Assembly: GCA_012103315.1 (NCBI GenBank)
Contig: WLWZ01000004.1
Location: forward strand, 99,881 to 163,880
Direction of reading: 5' to 3'
DNA from: Alphaproteobacteria bacterium
Lineage (GTDB): Bacteria; Pseudomonadota; Alphaproteobacteria; MPNO01; UBA2964
Length of the DNA: 64,000 bases
Every line of letters begins with the position of its first letter. Positions within the stretch are counted from its first letter, which is position 1. Under the pieces are notes generated by a model that was given only the letters and a program-made list of their open reading frames with translations, made no database searches and had not been told where the DNA came from. Below are positions 10,512 to 21,812 of the stretch, in pieces. The position numbers were made by a program, and so were the translations under genes.

Positions 10512-11420
10512 ATGACAATAAACGCTGATAATTCATCCTCACGTCCTTCTTCGGCGACGACAGAGACTTCTGCTGGTGGCATCGCGGACTGGTTTCGTCG
10601 GGTATTTGGGTTACGCAATGGCGGTGATCTGCGGGGGACTATCGAAGAGCTGATCGAGCAAGAAGAGACCGGGGAGCTTCCGGCTTCCCGCGATGAACTC
10701 ACCTTACTCCGAAACATCCTCAATCTTCATGGCCTGACGGTTTATGACATTATGGTGCCGCGCGCCGATATCGTTGCCGTCGATATTGATATTTCCCTTT
10801 CCGAGCTTGTCAGGATTATGAGCGAAGAAGCGCATTCGCGAATTCCGGTTTATCGCGGAACGCTTGATGATATCGCTGGTATGGTCCACATCAAGGATGT
10901 CCTGGCCTGTTGGAACAGAGAACAAAAAGTCTCGCTGGATGAGATTGTGCGCTCGGTTTTGTTTGTGGCGCCGTCAATGCCGATCCTTGAACTCCTGTTA
11001 CAGATGCGCGTAAGCAGAGTCCATTTGGCGCTTGTCGTCGATGAGTTTGGCGGGATCGATGGCATGGTGACTATTGAAGACCTTGTTGAGGAAATCGTCG
11101 GTGAAATCGAAGATGAGCACGATGATGATGACACACCTCGAATAATGCAGCGTGCTGATGGATCTCTGGTCGCAGATGCCCGCGTGCCGATTAAGGATTT
11201 CGAAGATCGGATGGGCGAAATTCTCACCGCGCAAGAACGCGAAGAAGATATTGATACTCTGGGCGGCCTCGTGTTCTTTTTGGCGGGAAGAGTGCCGGTT
11301 CGGGGCGAGGTTGTGCGGCATGGCTCTGGTGTTGAGTTTGAGGTTTTGGATGCGGATCCAAGACGGATCCGGCGCTTACGCGTCTGTCAGGCGCCGTCGA
11401 CGGGCGACACAGATAAATGA
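10512..11420 (+). CDS. corC: CBS + CorC/HlyC domain protein (magnesium/cobalt efflux)
   Basis: IMVPRADI, HSRIPVY and VVDEFGG...TIEDLVEEIVGEIEDEHD motifs. Confidence 0.88.
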   Translation: MTINADNSSSRPSSATTETSAGGIADWFRRVFGLRNGGDLRGTIEELIEQEETGELPASRDELTLLRNILNLHGLTVYDIMVPRADIVAVDIDISLSELVRIMSEEAHSRIPVYRGTLDDIAGMVHIKDVLACWNREQKVSLDEIVRSVLFVAPSMPILELLLQMRVSRVHLALVVDEFGGIDGMVTIEDLVEEIVGEIEDEHDDDDTPRIMQRADGSLVADARVPIKDFEDRMGEILTAQEREEDIDTLGGLVFFLAGRVPVRGEVVRHGSGVEFEVLDADPRRIRRLRVCQAPSTGDTDK

Positions 11421-13015
11421 CAATTTCTTCCCCTGACCGGCCCTTAGGCCAGGCAGGTTTGATTTGTTCTTGGGCCCACAAAATTAGCAGTTTGGACGGT
11501 TGGTCGCGCAGAGCGGTCGCCGTCGGCGCTGGAATAATTTCCACCGCTGCCTTGGCGCCGCTTCATGTTGTGCCCGCACTGTTTATTTCTTTTCCGTGCT
11601 TGATATGGCTAATCGATGGCACACAGAACTGGCGTCGGGCATTTGGGGTGGGGTGGTGGTTTGGTCTTGGCCATTTTGCAGCCGGGCTATACTGGATCGC
11701 TCATTCGCTGGTTGTTGATCTTCGGTTCGCGTGGCTCATTCCCTTCGCTGTTCTTTGTATCCCGGCCGTAATAGGGCTTTATATAGGTGTTGCCACGGCA
11801 CTTGCACGGGTAGTTCGTCGAGGCTTTTTGCGCATCGTCGTTTTAGCCGTGACTTGGATTCTTATGGAGTGGTCACGGGGTCAACTCTTTACAGGCTTTC
11901 CTTGGAATCCGATCGGTTCGGTATGGGTGGTTTCGGATGTTGCGCTGCAATCGGCGGCCTATGTCGGTGTTTTAGGCCTAGGCTTGCTAACAGTGCTCAC
12001 CGCGGCTTTGTTTGCGTTGCTGGCCTATGATGTAACCGGCATCCGATGGCGCCGGTTGATCCCCTCAGCTATTTGTATGCTGATCATTTTTTTGCCGGGT
12101 TTGTTGCGGCCAGAATTTAAAGAACCGCTGACCTTTCACCCAGACATTCGCCTTCGCATTGTTCAGCCTAATATTTCACAAAAGACAAAATGGATCCGAA
12201 CTCTCAGGGACAAGCATTTGGCGACATATCTATCGCTATCCGCGCGACCCGCTAGCGCTTCTCCAACCCACCTAATTTGGCCCGAAACAGCGGTGCCTTT
12301 TGTAGTGTCGCGTGACGCTGTCCGGCGGCAAAGAATGGCTACCGTTATTCCTAAAGACGGGATGCTCTTAACCGGATCAATTCGCACGAGCGAGCGCGGA
12401 GTCCAACCTTTTAAGCTATGGAATAGTCTGCATGCTTTATCGGCGAGTGGGGCCATTGAGAAATCTCATGATAAGTTTCATCTCGTGCCGTTTGGCGAAT
12501 ACATCCCCCTTCGAAGTATATTAGGAAATTTTTTTGGGCTTAAAAAAATCACAGCGGGACGAACCGATTTCTCAGCCGGACCAGGACCGCAAACTATACA
12601 GGTGCGTTCGCTCCCAACGTTCAGCCCCCTGATTTGTTATGAGGTTATTTTCGCTGACGGTGTGGTTTCTGCAGGCCATCGGCCGGAATGGCTGCTTAAT
12701 ATTACAAATGATGCTTGGTTTGGGACCAGCTCAGGTCCTTATCAGCACTTTGCGATGGCGCGTTTACGGGCTGTGGAGCAGGGTTTGCCATTGATTCGCG
12801 CTGCCAATACGGGGATTTCTGGTGTTATCGACCCCTATGGGCGGGTTTTACAAAGGCTTGATTTGGACACGCAGGGCGTGGTCGATTCGCCTTTGCCAAA
12901 ACCAACAAACATCGCAACTATTTATAGCAAATTTGGTGATTGGCCGACTTTACTTCTTGCAATGCTTGTCCTTTTGGCGTCAAGTTTGCGGGTAATCTGG
13001 GGTCGTTTCCGTTAA
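11417..13015 (+). CDS. lnt: Apolipoprotein N-acyltransferase
   Basis: TGFPW; catalytic E-K-C triad in WPETA, KFHLVPFGE and ICYE; TNDAWFG. Confidence 0.95.
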   Translation: MTISSPDRPLGQAGLICSWAHKISSLDGWSRRAVAVGAGIISTAALAPLHVVPALFISFPCLIWLIDGTQNWRRAFGVGWWFGLGHFAAGLYWIAHSLVVDLRFAWLIPFAVLCIPAVIGLYIGVATALARVVRRGFLRIVVLAVTWILMEWSRGQLFTGFPWNPIGSVWVVSDVALQSAAYVGVLGLGLLTVLTAALFALLAYDVTGIRWRRLIPSAICMLIIFLPGLLRPEFKEPLTFHPDIRLRIVQPNISQKTKWIRTLRDKHLATYLSLSARPASASPTHLIWPETAVPFVVSRDAVRRQRMATVIPKDGMLLTGSIRTSERGVQPFKLWNSLHALSASGAIEKSHDKFHLVPFGEYIPLRSILGNFFGLKKITAGRTDFSAGPGPQTIQVRSLPTFSPLICYEVIFADGVVSAGHRPEWLLNITNDAWFGTSSGPYQHFAMARLRAVEQGLPLIRAANTGISGVIDPYGRVLQRLDLDTQGVVDSPLPKPTNIATIYSKFGDWPTLLLAMLVLLASSLRVIWGRFR

Positions 13016-13221
13016 ACAAATAAATATCGAAATTATTTCAAAATTATTACATAATTGGCAATGCATACGATTGCACTACCACCTAAAACGTGTTTTATGG
13101 AACAATAACAATTAAAAGAAACCCGGATTGGTTGAATTTGAGTTGTGCGATCAACATATAAATGGATTGCAAAGAACGGTCCTAAATTGAAACACGCGAA
13201 GAAATAAACTAGGGTGTTAGA

Positions 13222-13701
13222 ATGGTAATGAATTTAGCTGCAGATCCTCCCGAGCGCCGCGGGCGTCGCGGGCGTCGAAATGGACCCCATCCAGTAGACG
13301 TTCACGTGGGTAGCCGGGTACGTATGCGCCGAACGCTTTTGGGTATGAGCCAGGAGAAACTTGGTGACGCCTTAGCGCTGACGTTTCAGCAGGTACAAAA
13401 GTACGAACGAGGGGCCAATCGGATTGGATCAAGTCGCCTCTTCGAAATTAGTCGTATTCTGGATGTGCCGGTCTCCTTCTTTTTTGAGGAGATGTCATCG
13501 GAAGCTGCATCCGCTGGTGCCATGACAGATTCGGGTGACGCACCGACTGCTGATTCTGAAGAATTTCAACGCGATCCTTTGGCGAAACGTGAAACGCTTG
13601 AACTCGTTCGTGCCTATTATCGCATTACAGACCCTCGGGTCCGGAAGCGGGTTTTTGAACTAACGAAATCTATCGCTTCTGACCAGTCTAGTACTGATTA
13701 A
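13222..13701 (+). CDS. XRE-family HTH transcriptional regulator
   Basis: PVDVHVGSRVRMRRTLLGMSQEKLG..LTFQQVQKYERG; the alphaproteobacterial lnt-XRE-metK arrangement. Confidence 0.9.
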   Translation: MVMNLAADPPERRGRRGRRNGPHPVDVHVGSRVRMRRTLLGMSQEKLGDALALTFQQVQKYERGANRIGSSRLFEISRILDVPVSFFFEEMSSEAASAGAMTDSGDAPTADSEEFQRDPLAKRETLELVRAYYRITDPRVRKRVFELTKSIASDQSSTD

Positions 13702-13712
13702 TTTTTTACGGA

Positions 13713-13756
13713 AATTCGGAAACGGCCCCTTTAACAGGTGGTAGCGTTTCCGAATT
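13713..13756 (+). terminator. Inverted repeat after the XRE gene (possible terminator or processing stem)
   Basis: AATTCGGAAACG ... CGTTTCCGAATT, perfect 12-bp arms, no strong U-tract. Confidence 0.45.
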
Positions 13757-13914
13757 CTCCTGTCCCCCCCTTGACTGAAACGGGGATTTGCCACAAAACC
13801 CCGCCAGACATTTTGTTTGCTGCTCTAAATTTTTGCAGGGCGGTTGATTTCTATTTGTGTTGAAGCTTCGGGCACCCCGGCCCGTCGGCTAGAATTTAAC
13901 CCTGACAGGAGGGT

Positions 13915-15090
13915 GTGAAATTGCCAAAGGGTACCTATCTTTTTACCAGTGAGTCCGTTTCAGAAGGGCATCCCGATAAAGTTTCCGACCGCATTTCTGA
14001 TGCAGTATTGGATACTTTTCTCGCCGCAGACCCTCTTTCCCGCGTAGCCTGTGAAACATTGTGCACGACCAACCGTGTTGTTCTCGGCGGTGAGGTCAGG
14101 GGCCCTGAATCGATTACCAAGGATGTTCTGGAGCAGGTCGTACGCGCTGCCGTGAAAGATATTGGCTATGAACAGGACGGCTTTCATTGGAAAGATTCAG
14201 CAGTGGAAATACACCTGCATCAGCAGTCATCCGATATTGCGCAAGGCGTTGATGCCAGCGGCAATAAAGATGAAGGTGCGGGCGATCAGGGCATCATGTT
14301 TGGCTATGCCTGCACCGAAACCGAAGTGTTGATGCCTGCGCCAATTCAGTTCTCCCACGCAATTTTACAATCGATGGCGGCATCACGTCACTCAGGTGCA
14401 GATAAAGGTCTGGGCCCCGATTCAAAGAGCCAGGTCACACTGCAATATGTAGAGGGCAAGCCGGTTAAGGCAACTTCTGTCGTCGTGTCGACACAACATG
14501 CTGAAGAACTATCGACCGAACAAGTTCGAGAAATTGTTCGGCCACACGTTCTTAAATGTTTGCCCGAAGGCTGGATGTGTGACGAAGCAGAATTCTATGT
14601 AAACCCAACCGGTCGTTTTGTGGTTGGTGGCCCCGATGGGGACTGCGGTCTCACCGGTCGTAAAATTATTGTCGATACTTATGGTGGCGCCGCGCCGCAT
14701 GGTGGCGGTGCATTCTCCGGTAAGGATCCGACGAAGGTCGACCGCTCAGCGGCGTATGCTGCGCGGTATGTCGCGAAAAATGTTGTAGCGGCGGGTCTTG
14801 CAGAACGGTGCGTTATTCAGCTGTCCTATGCCATTGGTGTGGCGAAACCTCTATCAGTTTATGTTGATACCTACGGCACTGGTACGGTGGACGAAGAAAA
14901 ACTGTCTGCTGTTATCCAGGATGTTGTCGACCTGTCCCCGAGAGGTATTCGGGAACATCTGCAATTGAGCCGACCTATTTATGCGCGAACATCGGCCTAT
15001 GGTCATTTTGGACGCAGTCCAGATGCGGATGGCGGTTTCTCCTGGGAGAAAACCGATATTGCCGCTGAGCTAAAGGCTGCATTCGGCTGA
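13915..15090 (+). CDS. metK: S-adenosylmethionine synthetase
   Basis: [19 protein letters not shown] and GGGAFSGKD motifs. Confidence 0.98.
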   Translation: MKLPKGTYLFTSESVSEGHPDKVSDRISDAVLDTFLAADPLSRVACETLCTTNRVVLGGEVRGPESITKDVLEQVVRAAVKDIGYEQDGFHWKDSAVEIHLHQQSSDIAQGVDASGNKDEGAGDQGIMFGYACTETEVLMPAPIQFSHAILQSMAASRHSGADKGLGPDSKSQVTLQYVEGKPVKATSVVVSTQHAEELSTEQVREIVRPHVLKCLPEGWMCDEAEFYVNPTGRFVVGGPDGDCGLTGRKIIVDTYGGAAPHGGGAFSGKDPTKVDRSAAYAARYVAKNVVAAGLAERCVIQLSYAIGVAKPLSVYVDTYGTGTVDEEKLSAVIQDVVDLSPRGIREHLQLSRPIYARTSAYGHFGRSPDADGGFSWEKTDIAAELKAAFG

Positions 15091-15773
15091 TCGTACAGCG
15101 GACACTTTACGGGCGGCGCAAGGGCCGCCCATTGCGACAGGCCCGGCAGCAGTTGGTTGATACGCTGCTGCCTACCGTTGAGATTGCGGTTCCTGAGGAG
15201 GGCGACTCCCTGGACCCAGCGCAGCTATTCGCCGAGACCAAGCAGGAAGTTTGGCTCGAAATCGGGTTCGGGTCCGGTGAGCATCTGGCGCAGCAAGCCA
15301 TCGAAAATCCTTCTGTCGGCATAATTGGCTGTGAGCCATATATTAACGGTGTTGCCCGTCTCTTGGCAGACATCGATAAGTTTGATCTGAAAAACGTCAG
15401 AATATTTCGGGATGATGCGAGAATTTTGCTGCGTACTATGCCGGATCAATCCATTTGCAGAGCTTTCGTTCTGTTTCCGGATCCTTGGCCCAAAGTGCGG
15501 CATCACAAACGACGTATAATAGGTCCTTCTACGATCCCTTCTTTAGCGCGCCTTCTGCCGGTGGATGCTGAGTTGCGGATTGCGACTGATGACCCAAGCT
15601 ATAAGGAGTGGATTTTGCAGCATATGCTGGTTGATGATGGGTTTGTGTGGCGGGCACGTCGTCCCCAGGATTGGCGTGTTCGCCCTGGTGATTGGCCATC
15701 AACAAGATATGAGATGAAGGCAAATGCAGCAGGTCGGCAATGCAGCTATTTCATGTTTGATCGGCGAGACTGA
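15087..15773 (+). CDS. trmB: tRNA (guanine-N7)-methyltransferase; start uncertain (CTG 15087 or TTG 15132)
   Basis: [23 protein letters not shown] and TRYE.KA motifs; in-frame YGRRKG upstream of 15132. Confidence 0.92.
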   Translation: MIVQRTLYGRRKGRPLRQARQQLVDTLLPTVEIAVPEEGDSLDPAQLFAETKQEVWLEIGFGSGEHLAQQAIENPSVGIIGCEPYINGVARLLADIDKFDLKNVRIFRDDARILLRTMPDQSICRAFVLFPDPWPKVRHHKRRIIGPSTIPSLARLLPVDAELRIATDDPSYKEWILQHMLVDDGFVWRARRPQDWRVRPGDWPSTRYEMKANAAGRQCSYFMFDRRD

Positions 15774-15870
15774 CGTCAGGCAGCAAAAGGCTTGCGGAAG
15801 CAGGCCAAATTACGATATATAGCTGCCAATTACATTCCTTTGGTTTCTTACGAGAGACGGTTTTTTTGGG

Positions 15871-15895
15871 AGTGGGCCATCGGCCCACTTTTTTT
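15871..15895 (+). promoter_or_regulatory. rimP leader hairpin with U-tract (terminator/attenuator-like)
   Basis: AGTGGGCC-ATC-GGCCCACT followed by a T-run, about 35 nt before rimP. Confidence 0.6.
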
Positions 15896-15930
15896 ATTAG
15901 CGCCGTCTAGAAACCCGAGGATCGCAATAG

Positions 15931-16458
15931 ATGGTTAAGCAGATTAGCGCGAACGGTACAAAAACGATCGAGAATATGATTGATCCGTCAGTTATTGACG
16001 CGGGTTATGATATTGTTCGTGTTCAGTTTGCGGATGAGCGTAGAAAGACCTTGCAGATTATGATCGAACGCCGTGATCGCCGACCGGTAACGGTAGATGA
16101 TTGCGCCACGGTGAGCCGCATTGTTTCAACGCTGTTGGACGTCGAAGATCCGGTTCCTGGCCGTTATAACTTGGAGGTTAGCTCACCGGGAATAGACCGG
16201 CCCCTGGTTAAGGTCGACGATTACGAGAGATTTGCTGGGTTTGAAGCGACGGTTGAGACGAAACAAGCTTTTGATGGCCAGAAAAAGTTTCGTGGTCGGA
16301 TTTCCGGTGTTGAGGGTATGAATATTCAGATGGACTGTGATGGTGAAAGCGCCGAGCTTCCGTTTGAAGATATTCGACGGGCGTCGCTCGTCATTACCGA
16401 TGAGTTAATAGAGGCAGCGCGACGCGAAGCAAGTGCCGCTGCCCAGACGGAGCATTAG
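15931..16458 (+). CDS. rimP: Ribosome maturation factor RimP
   Basis: DDCA.VSR.VS.LLDVEDP and YNLEVSSPGIDRPL motifs. Confidence 0.96.
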   Translation: MVKQISANGTKTIENMIDPSVIDAGYDIVRVQFADERRKTLQIMIERRDRRPVTVDDCATVSRIVSTLLDVEDPVPGRYNLEVSSPGIDRPLVKVDDYERFAGFEATVETKQAFDGQKKFRGRISGVEGMNIQMDCDGESAELPFEDIRRASLVITDELIEAARREASAAAQTEH

Positions 16459-16459
16459 G

Positions 16460-18076
16460 ATGGATTTGGAAAACGATACAATTGTCGGTGCCGGGTATGA
16501 TCGCGGCGAGTTGCTGCAGGTCGCCGAAGCGGTCGCGCGGGACAAGGGCATTGAATCTGAAGAAGTCGTCGAAGCGATGGAGCAGGCAATCCAAAAAGCC
16601 GCTCGGTCGCGCTACGGCCATGAAAATGATGTGCGGGCGGAAATTGATCGTAAATCAGGTGAGATCAATCTGGCTCGGTATATGGAAGTTGCGGATCCCG
16701 TCGAAAATGACGCGATGCAGATTTCGGTCGATGAAGCGAAGCGCCTTAACCCCGAAGCAGAAGTTGGCGACTTTTTGTCCGAAGCCTTGCCACCGGTTGA
16801 TTTTGGTCGGATCGCGGCACAGACAGCAAAACAGGTAATTGTTCAGAAGGTTCGTGAGGCTGAGCGCGCTAGACAGTACAACGAATATAAAGACCGTGTT
16901 GGAGAGATCGTAAACGGAATCGTCAAGCGCGCCGAGTTTGGCAATGTGACCGTTGATCTTGGGCGTGGCGAAGCGGTGTTACGACGCGATGAAATCATTC
17001 CTCGCGAAACGTTCCGTCCCGGTGATCGCGTACGGGCCTATATTTATGACGTCCGCGAAGAGATGCGTGGCCCGCAAATCTTTTTGTCGCGCACCCATCC
17101 GCAATTCATGGCCGGGCTCTTCAAGCAGGAGGTTCCTGAAATTTATGATGGCATCATTGAAATGAATGCTGTTGCTCGAGACCCTGGCAGCCGCGCTAAA
17201 ATTGCGGTGACGTCTAATGACTCGAGCATTGATCCGGTTGGTGCCTGCGTCGGTATGCGCGGCAGCCGTGTTCAGGCGGTGGTTGGCGAATTACAGGGCG
17301 AGAAGATTGATATTATTCAACATTCCGCTGACCCGGCGACATTTATTGTGAATGGATTGGCGCCAGCGGAGGTTGCCAAGGTTGTTCTGGATGAGGAAGC
17401 GAACCGCATTGAGGTTGTCGTTCCTGATGATCAGCTTAGTTTGGCAATCGGTCGTCGCGGTCAAAATGTTCGCCTTGCTTCACAATTGACCGGCTGGGAT
17501 ATCGTTATCCTGACGGAGGAAGAAGAGTCCGAGCGTCGCCAGGAAGAGTTCCGGGCTCGGTCGCAAATGTTTATCGATGCCTTGGAAGTCGACGACGTGC
17601 TTGCACATCTTCTGGTGACCGAGGGCTTCTCTTCGGTTGAGGAGGTCGCCTTTGTTCCCATCGAAGATCTGTTGGCAATTGAAGGTTTTGACGAGGAGCT
17701 TTCGGAAGAGCTTCGTAATAGGGCCCATATCCATCTCAATGAAAAAGAAGAGGAATACGCTACCCGCCGTAGCGAATTGGGCGTCGCCGACGATCTACTC
17801 GAGGTCGAGGGGCTGTCGGGGGCGATGATCGTAACGCTTGGTGAAGCCGGTATTAAAACACGGGATGACCTTGCAGACCTCGCCGGTGATGAACTATGTG
17901 CAGCGGAAGACGGCTTGCTCCGCGAATTTCAAATGTCAGAAGAAGAGGCAAATCAGATTATTATGGCCGCTCGGGCGCATTGGTTCGACGATGAAGAAGA
18001 ACCAAGTGACGCGACGGACGATTCCGAAACTTCGGTAGATGACGCATCCGGTGATGAGCCGGCTGCTAATGCTTAG
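16460..18076 (+). CDS. nusA: Transcription termination/antitermination factor NusA
   Basis: FGRIAAQTAKQVI, ARDPGSRAK and AIGRRGQNVRLA motifs; C-terminal HhH repeats. Confidence 0.97.
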   Translation: MDLENDTIVGAGYDRGELLQVAEAVARDKGIESEEVVEAMEQAIQKAARSRYGHENDVRAEIDRKSGEINLARYMEVADPVENDAMQISVDEAKRLNPEAEVGDFLSEALPPVDFGRIAAQTAKQVIVQKVREAERARQYNEYKDRVGEIVNGIVKRAEFGNVTVDLGRGEAVLRRDEIIPRETFRPGDRVRAYIYDVREEMRGPQIFLSRTHPQFMAGLFKQEVPEIYDGIIEMNAVARDPGSRAKIAVTSNDSSIDPVGACVGMRGSRVQAVVGELQGEKIDIIQHSADPATFIVNGLAPAEVAKVVLDEEANRIEVVVPDDQLSLAIGRRGQNVRLASQLTGWDIVILTEEEESERRQEEFRARSQMFIDALEVDDVLAHLLVTEGFSSVEEVAFVPIEDLLAIEGFDEELSEELRNRAHIHLNEKEEEYATRRSELGVADDLLEVEGLSGAMIVTLGEAGIKTRDDLADLAGDELCAAEDGLLREFQMSEEEANQIIMAARAHWFDDEEEPSDATDDSETSVDDASGDEPAANA

Positions 18077-18103
18077 GCACGCGGCGATGAGGTCTTACAG
18101 ATC

Positions 18104-18730
18104 ATGTATTCGACGCAAAGCGATCAGCAAAAACCCTCTAGCTCGGGAACGGGAAATCTTTCTCGCGACCGGCGGTGTTTTGTTACATTTGCCCGCAAAC
18201 CTACCGACGAGCTTGTTCGTTTCGTTGTAGCTCCAGATAACAGCATTGTTCCCGACCTGGCAGAACGTTTGCCGGGCCGAGGGCTTTGGCTGTCTTCTTC
18301 ACGGGAAACGGTGAATACTGCCTGCGCCAAGCGTCTTTTCGCAAAAGCGGCGGGCAGTCCCGTTACGGTGCGTGAAGATTTGGCTGATGCAATTGAAGAA
18401 CAGCTCCACAAACGCTGTCTTGATTTACTCGGCATGGCGCGGCGGGCAGGTGATGCGGTGGGGGGATTTCAGAAGGTAACTTCTCTTCTGAAGGGACGCT
18501 CAGCGTCGATCATTCTGTGCGCCCGTGATGGTGCGGATGACGGTCGAAGCAAGGTCGTTGCGGTAGCAAAAAATGCGCCAGTGATTGAGATTTTTACAGG
18601 TGCTGAGCTCGGAAGCATTTTCGGGCGTGAGAGAACGGTGTATGTAGCGGTGGCGCAGAAAGCGCTCGGTGCGCGTATATTACGTGAGTCTGAACGGTTG
18701 GCGGGTTTCCGCCTTGCGGAAACGGTATGA
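18104..18730 (+). CDS. YlxR (DUF448) + L7Ae-like RNA-binding protein
   Basis: R.C.VT, LVRFV and PGRGLW motifs plus an LGMARRAG L7Ae-like domain, between nusA and infB. Confidence 0.85.
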   Translation: MYSTQSDQQKPSSSGTGNLSRDRRCFVTFARKPTDELVRFVVAPDNSIVPDLAERLPGRGLWLSSSRETVNTACAKRLFAKAAGSPVTVREDLADAIEEQLHKRCLDLLGMARRAGDAVGGFQKVTSLLKGRSASIILCARDGADDGRSKVVAVAKNAPVIEIFTGAELGSIFGRERTVYVAVAQKALGARILRESERLAGFRLAETV

Positions 18731-18743
18731 AGGTTTTGGAAAT

Positions 18744-21341
18744 ATGAGCGATGATAATGAAGGCAAAAAGGGCGTTCTAAAAGCACGCCCTGGCCGACTC
18801 GAACTCAAGAAAACGGTGGATGCCGGTCAGGTACGCCAGAGTTTTTCGCACGGTCGTACGAAGTCGGTCGCTGTTGAGGTTCGTCGTAAAAGAACCTTTA
18901 CCCAGGGAGCCGGCGGTTCCATGGAGGAAGTTAAACGCCAGGCAGCGGAGAAAGCAGCAAGTGAGGCCGCATCTGCCGAGCAAGCGGAACCGAAAGTAAT
19001 TGATAAACCTGATACTGAGGAGTCGAAACGCCCCACTGTTTTGCGCACGTTGACGGAACAGGAAGCGGCGGCCCGCGCAAAAGCGCTGGAAGGCGCCCGT
19101 ACAGATGACGGTGGCGCGAACAAGATACTTGAACAAACTGCTGAAGGCGCTGAGGCACGCCGGGCCGCAGCGCGTGCGGAGGAAGAAGTCCGGCAGGCCG
19201 AGGAAGAAAAGCGTCAGGAAGAAGACCGTTTGCGGCGCGAAGAGGAAGAACAGCGTAAACAGGCGGAGGAAAAAGCAGCTAAAAAGGCAGCAGACCAGGC
19301 GAAGAAAGCAGAAGCGCGTCAGGCCAGCCGTGAAACCGTTGTTGATCCTGCGACTGTTGAAGCAGAAGAAAAAGAACAGGAAGGTCGGGCAAAACGCCCT
19401 GCTGCGCGTCCCACGGAAAAACGTCCTGTCGCTCGGAGAACCGAGCCTCGCCGCCGCGCTGGCAAATTGACCGTCGCTCAAGCCCTCAACGATGACGAGC
19501 GAGTCCGAAGTCTTGCTTCCGTAAGACGCGCGCGTGAGCGCGAACGCCGCAATATGCGGGCCCAGCCTCAAGAAGCGGTCAAAATCGTTCGCGATGTTGT
19601 TGTGCCTGAAACAATTACGGTGCAGGAACTTGCCAATCGTATGACAGAGCGTGGTGTTGACGTTATCCGTAGCCTCATGAAGCTCGGTGTCATGGCGACG
19701 CTACAACAGACGATTGATGCCGATACGGCGGAACTTTTGGTTGCTGAGTTTGGCCACAATATGCGGCGGGTCAGTGAGTCAGATGTTGAGATTGGCCTTA
19801 AGGGCGATGACGATGTCGAGGAATCACTTCAGCCTCGCGCCCCAGTCGTGACGGTGATGGGCCACGTTGATCATGGTAAAACGTCTCTGCTTGATGCGCT
19901 GCGATCAACTGATGTTGTCAGCGGTGAAGCGGGCGGCATTACCCAGCATATTGGTGCTTATCAGGTCGAAATTCCATCAGGTGACAAAGTCACCTTTATT
20001 GATACGCCCGGCCATGCTGCGTTTACGGCAATGCGCGCACGCGGTGCCAATGTAACGGATATCGTTATTCTGGTGGTCGCGGCCGATGATGGCATCATGC
20101 CACAAACAATTGAAGCCATTGATCATGCCAAAGCCGCAGAGGTGCCGATCATTGTTGCGATTAATAAAATTGATCGGCCAAATGCCGACGCTACTCGTGT
20201 TCGAAACGAACTTCTTCAGCATGAGCTGGTCGTTGAGGAGATGGGCGGTGACATTCTCGCAATAGAAGTATCGGCAACCGAAAAAACGAATTTGGATAAG
20301 CTGCTCGAATCGGTTCTGTTGCAAGCAGAGCTCCTTGAGTTACGGGCTAACCCAGAACGTCCCGCGGAAGGTGTTGTGATAGAAGCGAACCTTGAAACCG
20401 GACGTGGGGCAGTTGCGACGATGCTGATCCAACGTGGTGGGCTTGCGGTCGGCGATATTATTGTCGCGGGCGCTGAATGGGGTCGTGTCCGGGCAATCTC
20501 GAACTATGAAGGCGCGTCGATTAAGAATGCTGGTCCGTCGCAGCCTGTTGAAGTGATGGGGTTAAGCGGAGCACCATCTGCCGGTGACGAATTTGCCGTT
20601 GTTGAAAATGAGCAACGTGCCCGTGAAATTACGGAATTCCGCTCACGTCGCAACCGGGCACAAAAATCTGCTGCCGCACCGCGGGGGTCCCTTGAACAGA
20701 TGTTCCTCGAGATTGAAGCCGGAGAACTTCAGGAATTACCTGTCCTTATTAAGGCGGACACCAACGGGTCGGTTGAAGCAATCATCGGGAGCCTAGATAA
20801 AATTGGCACCGACGAAGTTAAAGCGCAGGTCCTGCATTCAGGTGTCGGCGGTATTAACGAGTCGGATGTAAGTCTCGCGCAGGCATCGAATGCCTTTATT
20901 GTTGGCTTTAATGTTCGGGCAAATTCCCAGGCACGGGATTTTGCCCGTAAGGAAAACATCGATATTCGGTATTATTCGATCATCTACAATCTGCTCGACG
21001 ATATTAAAGACATGATGAGCGGCATGTTGGCGCCGGAGAGCCGGGAAACATTCCTTGGCAATGCCGAAATTCTTGAAGTATTCAATATCAGCAAGGTGGG
21101 TAAGATCGCTGGTTGTAAGGTTACGGAAGGCATGGTCAAGCGTGGCTCGGCGGTGCGATTGTTGCGTGACGATGTAGTCATTCACGAAGGCAGTCTCGGA
21201 ACTTTGAAGCGATTTAAGGACGAGGTCCGCGAGGTTCGGGACGGCATGGAATGTGGTATGGCGTTCGAAAATTATCAGGACATCAAAGCCGGCGACGTCA
21301 TCGAGTGTTTTGATGTTGAAGAGGTTGCGCGCTCACTTTAG
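18744..21341 (+). CDS. infB: Translation initiation factor IF-2
   Basis: [22 protein letters not shown] and NKID motifs. Confidence 0.98.
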   Translation: MSDDNEGKKGVLKARPGRLELKKTVDAGQVRQSFSHGRTKSVAVEVRRKRTFTQGAGGSMEEVKRQAAEKAASEAASAEQAEPKVIDKPDTEESKRPTVLRTLTEQEAAARAKALEGARTDDGGANKILEQTAEGAEARRAAARAEEEVRQAEEEKRQEEDRLRREEEEQRKQAEEKAAKKAADQAKKAEARQASRETVVDPATVEAEEKEQEGRAKRPAARPTEKRPVARRTEPRRRAGKLTVAQALNDDERVRSLASVRRARERERRNMRAQPQEAVKIVRDVVVPETITVQELANRMTERGVDVIRSLMKLGVMATLQQTIDADTAELLVAEFGHNMRRVSESDVEIGLKGDDDVEESLQPRAPVVTVMGHVDHGKTSLLDALRSTDVVSGEAGGITQHIGAYQVEIPSGDKVTFIDTPGHAAFTAMRARGANVTDIVILVVAADDGIMPQTIEAIDHAKAAEVPIIVAINKIDRPNADATRVRNELLQHELVVEEMGGDILAIEVSATEKTNLDKLLESVLLQAELLELRANPERPAEGVVIEANLETGRGAVATMLIQRGGLAVGDIIVAGAEWGRVRAISNYEGASIKNAGPSQPVEVMGLSGAPSAGDEFAVVENEQRAREITEFRSRRNRAQKSAAAPRGSLEQMFLEIEAGELQELPVLIKADTNGSVEAIIGSLDKIGTDEVKAQVLHSGVGGINESDVSLAQASNAFIVGFNVRANSQARDFARKENIDIRYYSIIYNLLDDIKDMMSGMLAPESRETFLGNAEILEVFNISKVGKIAGCKVTEGMVKRGSAVRLLRDDVVIHEGSLGTLKRFKDEVREVRDGMECGMAFENYQDIKAGDVIECFDVEEVARSL

Positions 21342-21374
21342 GGCATGACGCCAATTATGGGCGGCGGAGTCGTT

Positions 21375-21812
21375 ATGGCAAATCGGCGAAATAGCGGACA
21401 GCGCGCGGGTCGCGAACGAACGCAGCGTCAGTTGCGGGTGGGCGAGCTTATTCGTCACGCTTTGGTGGAAACACTGATGCGAGGAGAATTGCGGGATCCT
21501 GACCTTGAAGGTGTTTCCATTACCGTTTCTGAAGTTCGGGTTAGCCCTGACCTTAAGAATGCGACAGCGTTCATCATGCCACTTGGCGGCAAAGAGGTCC
21601 CAAGAATTGTGGAAGCGCTGAAACGAGCGGCTCCTTTCTTACGTCGGCAAGTGGGTGCGTCAGCAACCATGCGATATATGCCAGCCTTAAGCTTTGTCGC
21701 GGATGAAGCCTATGAAGAAGGCGCTAAAATAGACGCCCTCCTCCGCTCAGCGGAAATTTCGCAAGATCTATCTTCCGTTTATGTAGATGATGAGGACGAC
21801 GAAGGCAGATAA
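21375..21812 (+). CDS. rbfA: Ribosome-binding factor A
   Basis: QRQLRVGELIRH and ITVSEVRVSPDLKNA motifs. Confidence 0.96.
   Translation: MANRRNSGQRAGRERTQRQLRVGELIRHALVETLMRGELRDPDLEGVSITVSEVRVSPDLKNATAFIMPLGGKEVPRIVEALKRAAPFLRRQVGASATMRYMPALSFVADEAYEEGAKIDALLRSAEISQDLSSVYVDDEDDEGR

Noticed and set aside
13830-13914. Possible SAM-II or SAM-SAH riboswitch upstream of metK (TGATTT ... TTGAAGC ... GCTAGAA)
   Set aside because: The fragments resemble SAM-II, but UUGCA and GCUAAA are mismatched and the P1 pairing cannot be formed. An Rfam covariance search would settle it.
18777-19571. 264-aa Phe/Leu-rich antisense ORF over infB
   Set aside because: It mirrors the Glu/Lys-rich low-complexity IF-2 linker.
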